Translations under genes and position numbers: made by a program
Assembly: GCF_025526975.1 (NCBI RefSeq)
Contig: NW_026515675.1
Location: forward strand, 620,001-684,000
Direction: 5' to 3'
DNA length: 64,000 nucleotides
Source of the DNA: Fimicolochytrium jonesii
Lineage: Eukaryota
Notes under the pieces: generated by a model
Told to the model about the DNA's origin: nothing
Databases searched by the model: none
Seen by the model: only the letters and a program-made list of their open reading frames with translations
In this document: positions 38,626-52,064 of the stretch, piece by piece
Position numbering within the stretch: position 1 is the stretch's first letter
How the letters are laid out: the number at the start of each line of letters is the position of its first letter

Positions 38626-41547
38626 ATGCCTTTTCACTATGCCGCGACGGAGAAGCAAGATGAAGGGCAGCGCTTGCTGGAGGAAACCAAGGAAACTACC
38701 GAATTCGAGTCCCGCCTCAAGATAGTTCACGGCGACGTTAAGTCGAAGGCGTTGCGGCTGACATGGAAGTTCGTTCCTGCCACTCTTTCGATTTTGCTGT
38801 TCATCATCGCGACCGCGGCGGTCAAATACAGCACCTCGCCAACGAACCGCGACGCCTGGGCTCTGGCCCCAACAGTCGATTTTCCCGAGCGCCTTTCGAA
38901 ATCCGTGCTCCCTTCAGTTTACACCTTGGACTTCGCTGTAGATCTATCGTCTCTGGTGTTCGTGGGAAACGCGTCCATCACAATGAATGTGCTGGAAGCG
39001 ACCGATGTCATAAGATTTCACGCCTCGCCAACTTTGAGTCTGTTGGCTCTTAGCGTGTCGCCAAACACCGAGCTTGGCGGTATATCCTTACTCAATACGA
39101 CGAGAGATGGCGATACGGTGACCGTCAAGACCAGCCACGTGCTCTCCCCTGGAAACTACACGCTACGGTCTACGTACGGCGGCAACATCGGAAACAGAAC
39201 GATGAGGGGTTTCTATGCCAGCTACTATGAAGATAGCAACAGCGGAGTCTCTCGGGTGGTCGCTGCGACTCATTTCGAGCCCATCGGTGCGCGTCTTGCG
39301 TTTCCTTGCTTTGATGAACCTGCATTGAAGGCACAATTCGACATCTCAATAACTGTGGAGGAAGGAGATTCAGCCGTATCGAACATGCCGGTTGAATCCA
39401 TCGAAGACCACCAGGGAAGAGGCATCTTGCGAAGCTTTACATTTGCGAGAACGCCATTGATGAGCACGTATCTGGTCGCGTGGGGCATTGGAAAACTGTC
39501 CCGCGTGGAAGCCACCACACCTGACAAAAAAGTGAAGCTTACGGTCTATACGCAACCCGGGCGTGAGATCGAAGCGCAGTAAGTGGTCATTTGACGGCAT
39601 TGACGCCCTTTGCCACGTGGCTCATGTCTGCAAACCAGGGCTTCGCTGAGGATAGCTCTTTCGAGCCTCGACTTCTTCCAAAATCTTTATGGCATCCCAT
39701 ACCCTCTTCCGAAACTTGATCTCTGGCCGATGCCCGACTTTTCAGGCGAAGCCATGGAGAACTTCGGACTGATGATTTTCGAGGACGTCCTCATGATGGT
39801 CGAACCATCGTCGCCTAGAAACCATCTGAGGACGACGGCGTTGCTGGTGGCGCATGAGATAGCTCACCAATGGTTTGGGGATTTGGTCACTATGAGATGG
39901 TGGGATGACTTATGGTTGAATGAGGGATTCGCCGAGTTTATGCAGTACCAAGCAGTGTACCACGGCCACTTTAGGTGGGATCTGGACGATGATTTCTTCC
40001 CAATGGAGCATATACCAGCGTTCATTGCCGACTCCACGTCGTTTAGTCACCCCATAGCAGCGGAGATTCAGGACCCAAGTCAAATACCGATGTACTTTGA
40101 CGACATCACATATGATAAGGGTGCGGCGGTTCTCCGAATGCTCGAGAATTATCTGGAGACAGAGGCGCCGGGAGCATTCTCAAAGGGGCTTACGCACTAT
40201 CTCACACAACATGCCTACGGTACCGCAAATACCAAACAGCTCTGGGAATCGCTCGACTCCGTCCTGCCGAGGAAGGACGGCATCATCGAAAAAATGATGG
40301 ACACGTGGGTTACGCAGCAAGGATACCCTGTTCTGACCGTCCGATTTGAGGACGATGCTCTTGACGTCCAACAATGTGCCTTCTCTCTTTGGCATGGATA
40401 CTCGGAGTGCCAAACGAAGACCAGCTGGGTCATACCTATCACATGGAGAGTAGTCACGGCTGAGAAGGTGTCCGCCGGAGTTCTACAGGACAGAAGCACC
40501 TCTTTCGCTCAACAGGAGTCATGCGATGTCCTGCAAATCATCAATCCGAAGCGGCCTGGCTTCTATCGGGTGCAGTATACCTCTGACCAGTACGCTCGGC
40601 TCGCCGCGCATCTAGAACAGCGTCATACGGACTTTGACCGATCGGACAGAGCCGGTCTCGTGTCGGACGCGATTGCGCTGATGCTCAGCAACCGCGTCGC
40701 CTATAGCGATGTCGTATCCTTGCTCGCGTTCTTGCAGCAGGATGAAACGTCGGCAATCGTATGGGAGGTCGCGTTGGCTGGGTTCCGCGACGTGGAGCTT
40801 GCTCTGCGAAATCATGAGACCGCCTTACGGAACTGGGTCTACTGTACCCTGTTATTGATGGACAAGGTTATATGGTCAGTGGGGTGGCGCGAGGAAGCGG
40901 CAAAGAACGTCTTTAGAAACGGGCACGTCGATCGGGAGGAGCGAGAGGAGATGCGACGAGGTATCATTGAATGGGCCATCCTTCATTTCGAAGAGTCGCA
41001 CCCACTGGTGCAAGAAGGTTTTCAGTTCTATGAGGACCTCCTTTCCGGAAAGATAGAGGTCGGTCTTCCCGCGGACATGTATGAGCTGGTCTACCTGAAC
41101 GCCATACGGCATCGAAAGGATGCGTTCCGTGAGATTCTGGAAGTCTACACGAAGAAGCAGAAACGCGTTCTGCCCGGGGATCTTCTCAGAGCGCTGTCGT
41201 CGACTTCAAATCGGGGTCAACAGGCTCAAATCTTCGCAGTCGTATCTGAAATGTCATTACGCGAGCAACTACAATTTGCGGATGTTGTGTCCCATCAACT
41301 GCACTCGTGTGAAATTCTTGTCCGCGAGTACCTCGACAGCAAACCAAACAGGTTGGTGTCGGCGGCGCTAGGACGGTCGATCGCTCGTTGTGATGATCGC
41401 CGAACTGTGGCAAAGATCCGGCAGTTTGTCGGACAAGAGAATGCCGATACGGTGCGAATTAGCGCTTTGAAGGCTGGGTTGGAACGCCTTGATGCGTTTG
41501 CTGCGTTCGGGAAAGTTCATCATAGCGCATTTGACGTCGCTCGATAG
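38626..41547 (+). CDS. M1-family zinc aminopeptidase, type II membrane anchored; one intron
   Basis: N-terminal TM segment, ATHFEPIGARLAFPCFDEP, TPLMSTYLVAW, EAMENFGL, HEIAHQWFGDLVTMRWWDDLWLNEGFA, YDKGAAVLRML. Confidence 0.93.
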
Positions 41548-41669
41548 TTTTGAATGTAGCAGGGAGCCCAATATGTATCTAAGCGCCAAAACTACTGTAA
41601 CCGTATATGGCGGAAGCTTCTAGCCTAGAATTCGTCTTTGTTTCATCTGGAGTCTATCAATACATGGTT

Positions 41670-43537
41670 TCATATCATATTATTTCCATCATCTTCAACA
41701 CCATCGGAGTCGATATTGTCATAACGACCTCCAGCTTCAGCCTCGTCATCGAAAAATGCGAAGTCCCATACGAGCAGCGACTGATCAAAGGAGCTCGTGA
41801 TGAGCTTCGTGGGTGTGAATCTGAGATTCCAAACCTGAATTTGGCACCCGTCGTTAGAAGTCTGAGAATGATCATCAAATCGGCGATTGCTGGCTTACCG
41901 TCTCCGAATGCCGACTGAGCGTATACAAGCATGTTCCAGAGTTCAAATCCCAGACCTGGAAAAAATCGTCAGTTAACAAGCCATGATTCCCAAAGTACAC
42001 CCAAGAACCCATCTATGGACCTTGATACTCTTGTCGGAAGACCCACTGACTAGCTTCTTCTCGTCAAATTGCAAGCAAACAACTCCGGCACGATGGCCCT
42101 TCAATGTTTTCAAGCACTCGCCATCGCTGCGGCGCCACAGCTTGATGGTGGCGTCTTGTGATCCCGAGCAGATATGAGAGGAATTGAGTTGGAGACAGTA
42201 GACATGGCCGTCATGGCCCATGAGGGTTGTAGGAGCGGGAGGTGTCGATTGAGAGGAAGCGTTGCGGGTCCTAAGTTGCGGAATGGAGACAGACGATGAT
42301 AAGAAGGTTTAAAGCATCGGCGGAGCTTTCGTGTTGCAACTCACCAGATCTTGATCGTGTGGTCGGCGGATCCTGAGATGATGTTCTCATGATCAAATTG
42401 AAGGCAGCATACAGCGTTCGTATGTCCGGTGAGAATCTCGATACATTCACCCGTCTCCATGCTCCAGACCTGCACAGAAGCCAATTAGCATCATACAGCA
42501 GTGCCAGGCTCCGGAATCAGAAACATAAACCGACCCGAACGGTCATGTCCTCCGACCCGGATACGATGACATCGTCGCCACATTCCACGGCCACAATTTC
42601 TCCTTCATGCCCTATCAGAGTACGGACACATTCCCCACTCTGCGTGTCCCAGACTTTGAGGGTCGAGTCTATGCCCCCGGTGACTACCCAGCGGTGAGCG
42701 AACTGCGGGAGAGGATTCGAAGCTTGATCAGTGTATGTCTCGAGTGACGACTGCACCGATGACAATGTTACCTTCACTGCGGATATGGTGCCTTCATGAC
42801 CGTTCAACCGGAGGTGGCACTCTCCCGTTTCGATGTCCCACTGCACACCATAAAACTGAGTCCGAATCGGGGGTAGTGTACATCAAAACCATACGACAGT
42901 GCTTACCACTTTGCCTACGTCTCCGAGAGCCACAGACACCACCCAGTTATCATCGAAATGCATTGGCAGGTCCCGGCCTGCCATTAACACGTCAGTCTCC
43001 AACTAGCCGTAGAAACGTGTTTACGGGAGCTCAAACATTACCATCGCCATCCGCGCTGGTGATGGAGCTGACTTTGCAAGCTCCCCTCTTCCAGTTCTCT
43101 CCGGTCAAGTAATTGTGTTTGTAGATCTTTTTCCATATCCCTGGAAGAGGCAATGGTCGTTGAATCCGCGAAATCTTTGATCTCGCTGATCGGGAAATCT
43201 GCTCAAAGTTGCGGTCCTTGCAGAACGATCTCCACAGAACGTCGTCGTTGAGTAATCGCTTCCATTTTCGGGATACCTGGGCGGATTTGGCGAGTGTCCC
43301 TGGGTCGTTCACATGCGAGAGAATGAGGAGAAGGATCTCTTCGGCCAGGAATGGTGCCCGGTTTGCTGGTGGGTTGGAATTTGCGGGATCTGCTGATGCT
43401 GACGAACTGTGGAAATGCCCGGGAGTTTCGGCTCTTCTCTGGGCGCTATTCCTGCTTTTGCAGCTGATTTGTCCTTTGGGGTCATGTATGAGAAGGACTC
43501 TCTTCGAGGACCCTGGGATCGCTCGTAGCTCCCTCAT
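41670..43537 (-). CDS. F-box/WD40-repeat protein; multi-exon
   Basis: F-box LAEEILLLILSHV...AQVSRKWKRLLNDDVLWR, and WD repeats TGGIDSTLKVWD, SGSEDMTVR, SGSQDATIKLW, SGSSDKSIK. Confidence 0.9.
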
Positions 43538-43843
43538 TTGAAAGGCTGAAGCTAACAACAAAATGGTCGTTGTTGCTTCCGAGCTGCCTTCAAGGACGCC
43601 TTTCTATGACCTAAGATGTATCGTTTTGCCGTGCTAGACACGGAAAGTTCTAGAATCGAGGTAGAGCGGAACGACACGGCCTGTTGAGAGGTGGCGGGAA
43701 TACACGCTGTCAAGCTGTCAATTCTGTGATGTCATGACATTCGCAACCGCCAAAACAGGAAATGCAACGGATGCCTGCTGCCAACGGAGATTTACTTTCA
43801 TTCCGGTGTTGACCAATCCTGCGAACGTGGTCAAAGCGGCAAG

Positions 43844-44956
43844 ATGAAAGTTCTGCCAGCAACTGCCCTGTGCGCGGCTCTCGCTGCCCACGGCCTACGA
43901 AAAAACTCTTTGTCGGTGGATGGAGCTGTAGCGGCCGTTATTGTCGGCTTCATTACTTTTGTTTGTTCGGGTGATCGGGATGATTTCCTCTTCTCGGGTT
44001 CGTTGCTCGGGTTTTATCTGCTAGGAAGCCGTGCTACCAAGGTGAGATTGAGGGAACCGCAGTCTATACGCTGCGGTTCAAACTCACGGCAAATTTCATC
44101 CCTTCGTCCACGTTGTGCGTTTTAGTTCAAACAGGAGCGAAAGAAAGAGTTAGAGGAGGACTTTCAAGTGGGAGGACAGAGGAACGCAATACAAGTGCTG
44201 GCTAACGGATTGACGGGCACAATCATCTGCGCGCTGCACTTCTATCTCGTTCGGATACAAGGCGAGGCTAGCACAGTGTGTTTCGGCGATGTGAAGGGAG
44301 CAGGACTACTTCATACGGCCGCGGTTTTGGCTTATCTGGGTCACTATGCATGCTGCTGTGGGGACACACTGGCTAGCGAGCTCGGGATCCTGAACCAGGG
44401 AGATCCGTGGTTGATTACGACTGGAAAGCGAGTCCCAAGAGGGACAAACGGCGGGATCTCACCTCTGGGATTAGCGGCTTCGGTGGGCGGAGGGGTGTTT
44501 GTTGGCATCATTGGTGCAATAGGGTTGCCCTGGACAGAGGGATGCCCTGGTCGAGCCCCTTATTTGACCATCGTCGCATTGAGTGGAGCTGCAGGCCTTG
44601 TTGGGTCACTGGTAAGACGTGCTTGCATTCATCGCGCATACCACAAGTGTAAAATATGTTCCGGCACAGATCGATTCGATGTTGGGTGCTACTCTGCAAA
44701 AGTCCGTCTACAATGCGCGGACAAAGAAGATCACCAGCGACTTCCGCCAACTGCGGAAAGGGGAAAAGGCAGAGGATTTGGTACATGTTTCTGGGAAAGC
44801 TATTTTGGATAACCACCAGGTACGGCCACCGGAACGGCTTACAATCGACTCAAAGAGGGAACACAAAGCTCAACGCTGGTTCTCTAGGTTAATGCAATCA
44901 GCTCGCTGCTAACAGCGGTGTTCACTGCAGCAATCGGCGTATATTGGTATACATAG
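43844..44956 (+). CDS. TMEM19: TMEM19/DUF92 integral membrane protein; multi-exon
   Basis: SLSVDGAVAA, GGQRNAIQVLANG, CCCGDTLASELG, VPRGTNGGISPLG, IDSMLGATLQ, LDNHQ|VN. Confidence 0.9.
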
Positions 44957-45112
44957 CGAGGGCGGTAGAACTAGTGAACGGCGGTATTTCTACAATAGAA
45001 CCAGTAGGAGAGTAGGACAGTAGGACAGCGGGACAGCAGGGCAGCGGTAATAGGTCCTTTAGGATATCGCCTCTGTCGCAGAAGAATGTGAACAACTGTC
45101 GCCATCTCCGCC

Positions 45113-46031
45113 TCACCGTTTCCTTTTCGAGCTCTTTGGGTTGCCCTGCGCGTCGACCGGCTTTGCAGCGGCACCCTTCCCATTTTCGACGGGATCAAAC
45201 ACTATGAAACCACATGTAAGGCGGAGGTGCCCAACTCGCTCGATTGAGAGTGGAAACGGACCTTGATATGTCGCCAGAGTGATGGCAAGCTCCTGATCAA
45301 TCTTCACATGCTGCTGAACGCTTCGCAAGCAGGTCCTTAACAAGCTCTCCTGTTTTGCCTTTATGTACTTGATGTAGCGAAGCAGCTTTTCATTCTCGAT
45401 AGCAAATAAATTGCCGGGTCGTACCTTGTACTTCTCGGCTTCGGCTTTGATCTGCTTGATGATTTCCGTTCTCTCCTCTAAGAGAGCATCCATCTTGCGA
45501 GCATTGGCGTTCATAAGCTCATCCCTGAAATTCGGCACGTATGCGACACGGGACAATTTCGATCTCCGATCAATAAGGGAACTGTTGGTCCCAACATCGG
45601 GCGAAACTCACAAGACCCGTTGCTGCCCGCTCAAGTGTTCTTGTGCTGTCTCCCCAAGTGCCGCAACAAGTCTCTCAAAGTCCTTTTCCACCTTCTTCTG
45701 GCGCTCCACGACCTTTTTCTCCATGCGATCTAAGCACAGCAGTTTGAGTGCGGAAATTCGAAGAAAACGAATAGATCCAAAAACATACCTTTTACAGCTG
45801 CAAGAATCTTTGGCCGCAGGACGTTTGGAGCGTCAGTTCCTTGAGGGTCCATCTCAAGCCTCCAATAGGCTCCATACCTCTGCCATGTCGTCACCACTGG
45901 ATGCGAAATATGCGCGTAAGATGGGATTACATGCGGTATTGGAGCGTAGACACAACATACCCTCCGCTCTCCTCTGCCTCCATCCCGTCCATGCCGTCCA
46001 CACTCAGGCCGATACTGTCGTCGTCTAACAT
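45113..46031 (-). CDS. Small multi-exon coiled-coil protein of unknown function
   Basis: Exons join through GT-AG: MLDDDSIG...|GDDMAE|ILAAVK|DRMEKKVVERQKKVEKDFERLV...|DELMNANARKMDALLEERTEIIKQIK...|AKQESLL...|...KSSKRKR*. Confidence 0.55.
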
Positions 46032-46380
46032 GCTGCTTCCTCGCTGGCAACTTTCTATACTGTTTGCTGTGCAGATTGAAAGTCTCGAACTTGGAGCGGA
46101 CGCGCTTTCCGCCAGGCTTTCGGCGCTTCGCAAACTTGCTCCCGCTGCGCTCACTCGGAGTAGGCTCCAAGGTCACCAAAACGCTTAACCCTAATGGGCT
46201 AGCATTAGTTTCTTTGCAGTATTGTTTATAAGCATATCCATTGAGCGACAGCTCCTCGCAGTTCGCTGGTGATCACTGTCGGTTTCTCTCTTCAATTTCT
46301 GCTGTTTGGTTTGGCCGCGACAGGAACGAAGTCTCAATTCGCGGCTTTGTGAACATTCGACCCGAGCATCGTTGATCACC

Positions 46381-48456
46381 ATGAGTTCTGGCCACGACAC
46401 AATGCCAGGGGCACGACCTGCGGTGGGAGGTCCATTGGGTCCTCAATATGGCGTCCTCGGAAATCCGCAAGTAAGCGTGCAGTGCTAGAGAAAGGTGATG
46501 TGTCTCGAAGCAAATGGCTCTTCCTGACCCACACCCATGCCTGTCAGGGAAGAGCAGCGGATGGCAATACTGGGTTGTCGAACGCAGCAGGGCTTGCGTC
46601 TTTGTCGAAGCGACCGAGTGAAGCAGGGGCAGCTTCTTCCAAAAAGTATGTATTTTAGCACTCAACTCATGTTGCGAGGGAAAGGCGGAGGTCTGAACGT
46701 GTCGCGCATTACATATTCATAGACGGAAGAAGCCAGCAGAACGGGTGCTGCCCAAGCAGGTGCGTAGGGGTCTAGCTTAGACCACCTCTTCAACAAATGC
46801 TCATGGTTCCAAATAGATCGAAGCATATATACCCGAATCGAAGCTATACACCCAGATGCAGGAGTTTGAGAGGAAACTGGACACCACCATCAGCAGAAAG
46901 AAGCTGGACATGATGGAACAAAAGAGCCAAATGAAGGTGGGGGGGGGAGGGGGCTTCGGAGTCACTCAATGCATAAGACGGGGACTTTGCACAATAGCGA
47001 GAGAAGCTAGCTGACATATGCCCTCTCGGTAGCCAACAAAGCGGGTCTTGAGAGTGTTTTTGTCGAATCTGGCGTCTGATCAGTTCGCGGACGTGACGGA
47101 GGAGGAGGATCTGTTCAGTTTAGAAACGATGCGCGCACCATCTTGGACCTTACGGATAGAGGGACGACTGCTGGATGTACGTTCTTGCTGCCAACCGGCA
47201 TCTGATCGACACTCGCATACTCATATGCGGTGCAACATTACTCTAGCTACCTGCCAGCCGAAAACCTCAAGTCAACCCACCGAAGTTCTCGAGCTTCGTA
47301 CGATCTGTCGTGGTCGAACTGGAAAGGGATGGAAACTTGTACCCTGAAGACAACGTGATAGAGGTGGGTCTGCTCGGAGCAGAGGCAACTCGGGTCATTG
47401 AACAGTCGCTCATATGGACGGCATTATCAGTGGCATCGAATGGACGGAACACCAGAATGTGATGGCTTTGAGATCAAGCGAAAGGGCGACAGTAACGTCA
47501 ATGCAAAGATCATGATATATTTGGAGAACAAGCCCGAAAAGTTCAAGCTGTCACCGCCACTGGCCAAGTTGCTGGACATACATACGGACACTGCTGCTAA
47601 TGTGATCATAGCATTATGGCAATATGTCAAGGTATGGTTTGTCTTCCAAGAGAGAGCCGGGCTGTCTCATATAACGTCAGGGCTGATGCATTCCGTTGCA
47701 GTTCCAAAAGCTACAAGAGCCTGATGACAAGCGCCAGATCAATTGTGATGAACAACTCCGAAATGTACGATTAGCTCGTGAGGACGTTCCTTACCAACAC
47801 TCATCAACATACTTACCTGATGCACCGGACCTCAGATCCTTGGAATGTCACGGGTCTCATTCTCGCAAATACCAGAATTGCTCCGCGCCCACTTTTCTCC
47901 ACCAGATCCGGTGATCCTCAACTATACCATCACGACCGACAAGGAGCACCATGTACATCAGTTTGCGTACGACATTGATGTCGAGGTTGCCAGTCCAGCG
48001 GATGGTGGGGATGTGGTAGCACCAAACATCACAAAAGACATTGGGGCGTTGGACGAGAAGGTGGGAATTGGCGGGTGCGCTGATGGAAGTCTTGACAGTA
48101 CCCGTTTTGCTGACGTTTATATTGCCTCCCTTTCTTTCGTAAAAGATCACGAGTTTGATTCAATCCATCAACCACTGCAAACTGAAACGTGACTTCATGC
48201 TTGCATTTGCGGACAATCCGGTGGACTTCTTGGACCGATGGGTGGCCAGTCAAAGTCGAGACCTTGAGGTGAGAAGAGGCAAACATACGGTCTACGTGGG
48301 TGAAAAGGATGGCTGCTGACTCGAGTCTGCATATTCTAGACGGTACTGGGCGACTCTCACTTCAACATGGAGGAGATTCGCAGATCAGACTTTTACGACA
48401 AGGAGATTGTGCATCAAGCTGTGTTCCACCATTTGCGACAGAAAGATGCTATTTAG
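46381..48456 (+). CDS. SNF12: SWI/SNF-RSC BAF60/Snf12 SWIB-domain subunit; multi-exon
   Basis: MQEFERKLDTTI, WTLRIEGRLL, DGFEIKRKGD, IALWQYVK, QINCDEQLR, FADNPVDFLDRWVASQSRDL. Confidence 0.9.
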
Positions 48457-48624
48457 AGGTTGCGGCTATCCGTCTGCCATTTCCCTTCCGCGATTTGTAT
48501 ATATCTGTACAGCGACGGATGTATTTACATATGGACATCGTCCCTGAATCCCACTGATCAAAATTGGGTAACACTTTGTGTTTCGGCCATGGATACATGT
48601 GCACATCTTTTACACTAGCGTTGC

Positions 48625-49650
48625 TTAGCTGTAGAGGCGCACCCCTCCCAATCCCGCATTGGCAGAGAAGATTGCGTCTTCATCGCTGCCCAAGATCCCT
48701 TGCTGTGCCAGCACTGCCTCCAGATCCTCCGCCGTGCACCGTCCGGACTGTTTCCACGTGTCCACATCATCCAAAACCCGCATAGCCGTCCCTATTATCT
48801 CCCCATTCTTGTAAGCCAGGATGGCAGGTAACACCACAAGATCAAACGTCTCGTCCGCAATGTGACTTTTGATCTTGCAAAACTTTGTGTTAGTGGCATG
48901 TCGTGCCGCCAGCACGGACAATAGGGCGTTCACGACGCGACAGCCTTCGTTCGATGGTTGGTACAGGTGTACGAGGACCGTCACGGATGGAGCCTCGTCG
49001 TCGATCGCGTTCAGATATTCGTCTGGCGACTCCATCTCGATGACCGTGCCGAATTGTTTTCCTGTTTGAAAGCGCTGCTTGGAGAACTGCGCCATGCGTT
49101 TTGCTCGATATGCCTTCAGGAACAGCTCTTCTTCCATGTCCTCATCGTCCTCATCCTCATCGTCATCATTTCTCTGCCGTCCAGCAGCCTTTGCGACATC
49201 CGGTAAGCCCATCTTCCTCCTCTCCTCCTCGGCCACGCTCCTCTGCATCCACCCACTGGCTAAAGCACCACTGGAAAGCTTTTGGTAGTCACGCTGGGCT
49301 TTCAGTTCTCTCCTCGCTCGCTGCTGCTGTTTGTGGAACTTCTGATCGGCCAAGACGCCCTTTGGCCCCGTCTGTGGGCCGGCGGAGTCCATGTGCCTAC
49401 GGATAGCGGCGTCTTCGGCCTCCAGCGCGTTTTCACGGGCGAGACCCGGCGGCATTGGCGGTAACCCTTCGGAGTCCGAGTCGTCTGAGTCATTGTAATC
49501 GTCGTCGTTGTCGTCTTTATGGTTGTGCGCTTGATCCTCGTCTGCCGAGTCCGGGTCGGAGTCGGGGTGGCGGCGGTCACCAGGCTCGAGGTTTGACTCG
49601 TTGCCGGCAAAGTCGGAGATTGCGCGCAGGAGGCGGTCGTCGAGGTCCAT
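48625..49650 (-). CDS. Phosducin-like protein (PhLP1 type)
   Basis: QTGPKGVLAD G-beta-gamma/CCT-binding motif, acidic DEDMEEELFLKAYRAKRM, and thioredoxin-like C-domain (VLVHLY, LPAILAYKNGE). Confidence 0.92.
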   Translation of the reverse strand: MDLDDRLLRAISDFAGNESNLEPGDRRHPDSDPDSADEDQAHNHKDDNDDDYNDSDDSDSEGLPPMPPGLARENALEAEDAAIRRHMDSAGPQTGPKGVLADQKFHKQQQRARRELKAQRDYQKLSSGALASGWMQRSVAEEERRKMGLPDVAKAAGRQRNDDDEDEDDEDMEEELFLKAYRAKRMAQFSKQRFQTGKQFGTVIEMESPDEYLNAIDDEAPSVTVLVHLYQPSNEGCRVVNALLSVLAARHATNTKFCKIKSHIADETFDLVVLPAILAYKNGEIIGTAMRVLDDVDTWKQSGRCTAEDLEAVLAQQGILGSDEDAIFSANAGLGGVRLYS

Positions 49651-50119
49651 GTTGTGGGTGGAAGTGTATATATGCGGAGATCGATCTAGAGGTTCTGGGT
49701 AGCTTGCGCAGTGCCTACTTTGCGTCGAGACCCGGGGGTATATTTTCGATGGATTTGAACATGAAAATTGGTTGGGAGCGAAGAGGTGCGCAGACTTGGG
49801 TCATGGCTAGCTACGCGCTGTCGAAATACTTTTCGATTGACAGCACCCGTCACCATCGGGAAGTTTTCCGCCTGGAGGGGGTGATAGATACACGCGCATC
49901 AATCTCACTTAAACTTGTGTTAACGACCCACAAAGTGCTTCACTGCGGCTTCTTTCGAATAAGTTCCCTCCGGTCAGCGTTCCGATGTTGCGGCCTATGC
50001 AAGGCGCCCTTACCTGAGAAAAGCCCGCAATTGCACCTTGGACGCATTGCTTCACTTTCTTGCACCATAGCTTAAACTGTCAGAATAGCATCCCTCCGTC
50101 CATATTAATAGCCAATAGA

Positions 50120-51579
50120 ATGAAACTCTTAGCGATTCTCTTAGTGTTTTCAGGTAGGCAGAGTGGAGGTTCGAAGCTTTCTGCAACCACTAACAGTGTG
50201 GCGTCTCTTCCGTATAGCGGTGTTCGTGGGGGTGGTACATGGTCTTACGACGAGGGCGGTGTGTGACACAGGTATGAGGACCTTGCATCTAGTGGCTACA
50301 GGCGCAATGGAACGTCGAATTGATCAACTTCCCGTCAAACCATAGAGCTAGGATGTGGTGCCGGCTGCCACCACGCATGTCCATTTGGGTTCCCTTGTCG
50401 GTCCGCGGCCGACTGTCTATCCGAGTCCTGCACTGGAGGCTATTGCGACATTGGCAGAGCATCAACATCGCCTGGGTCTGCATCATCGGCCGCCACTCCT
50501 CAGAACCAAGCATGGGAATTGCCAGATCTCAAGGATGGGCTCAAGTCGTTGAACATCGTGCAGGAAGGATATGGACAAGATAATCGCGCTGTGGTACCGG
50601 ATCCGTCCGGCGGAGGAAAGCAGGTCTTGAAAGTCTCGTGAGTCGTCGTTTCCGTCTGGCAACTTGTTGTCGCTACAAGTCTCGGATGAACCACTGATGA
50701 TTGTTCGTCCTGCGCCAGATACCCAATGGGCAGTTACAACCCAGCAGGATCTATCTCCGGGGGCACACGGGTAAGAGTCTCGAAACTTTGCAAGCTGGTT
50801 TGAAACTTCCTTTGGAAGCTGATAGCTACATCTACCAACGACAGTTTTACGCCAAGCCAGCCGACGTGTCTACAGCCACCGTACTCTCGCTGGAGTACCA
50901 AGTGTACTTCCCACTGGGCTTCGAGTTTGTCAAAGGCGGAAGGTTACCAGGGATCTATGGTATGAACACTTGTTCAGCAGCGCATTGCTCAGAGCTCAGA
51001 AAGAAGAACGATTGCCCTAAGCATTGCTGTTCCCACACAGGTGGCCGCACAGCATGCTATGGCGGAGACAACCATAATGACTGCTTCTCAACGAGATACT
51101 ACGTGGGTGCCATGATTTCAAAGCTGAACCGACCATCTTGATCTTCAGATTCCCTTTATTGATCACCGCTCTCTGCTTTCCTGTACCAGTGGCGCAAAGG
51201 CGGCGTAGGCGAAATATACGTCTACGTCAACTCAGCTGACCAAGTAGACGCCTTCTGCGAAGTACCGCCGCTCAGCACCTGCAACGGCGCCTACGGCAAC
51301 TCCATCGGCCGCGGTGCCTTCTCATTCAAGGCCGGATCCTGGCAATCCGTCGTGCAACGGATCACGCTGAACACGCCCGGGAAGGCCGACGGCCGTGTGC
51401 AGGTGTTCAGCAACGGGCAGGAAGTCATTGACTTTGATAAGATTGTTTGGAGGGATGCGGAGGATATTAAGTTTGAGGGGATCGTTTTTGAGAGCTTCTT
51501 TGGCGGCGCGGATGCGAGTTGGGCTACTCCGAAGGATCAGACTATTTACTTTAGAGGGTTGAGCATGCACTGGGAATAA
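50120..51579 (+). CDS. Secreted polysaccharide lyase family 14 (alginate/glucuronan lyase-like); multi-exon
   Basis: Signal peptide, LEYQVYFPLGFEFVKGGRLPGIYG, CFSTRYY|WRKGGVGEIYVYV, SIGRGAFSFKAGSW, LNTPGKADG, GIVFESFFGG. Confidence 0.85.
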
Positions 51580-52064
51580 GTGCACCGGGGACATATTCAA
51601 AGCCCTCATCTCTGCATAGCGCCTGCAGTATTTGCCTTGATGCAGTATAGAAGGAAGTCCTTTTTAGTGTAAAGTCCTCTTGTTCTAATGCCCCGCACTG
51701 AATAGTACTCCGTCCGTTGTCAACGCCCCAACCGTCCACAAGCCATAGATGGAGTATCTTATCACCGGGCAAAAGTGGATATCATACATATGAAGGTGGG
51801 GTAGGCCTAATCGGTTGCACCGTAACCACGGATGCCTTGCGCAAACGCCCACTCAGTCTGAAGTTCACATGGTTCCGTGATCGTGATGCCTGCGTTGCTG
51901 ATCGTACGCGTTGTGGGGTTCGAGCCGGTGTGCATGCAACAAAATTGTATTTCCGTCTACAAGATGAAAGGCCTAGCTCGGATCTGCAGGGTCTGTACAG
52001 ATCGAATCGAAAGGAGGAGCGAGCCCCTCCGCCCATAACTAGCCCCTCCAACTTCCAATTACAA

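Noticed and set aside
45000..45050. Short degenerate octamer repeat (also (ATGT)n near 17263 and a G-run near 46939)
   Set aside because: Ordinary microsatellites or homopolymers with no evidence of function.
49455..50075. 206-aa plus-strand ORF
   Set aside because: It is antisense to the phosducin 5' end and runs through intergenic sequence, with a non-ATG start and no motifs.
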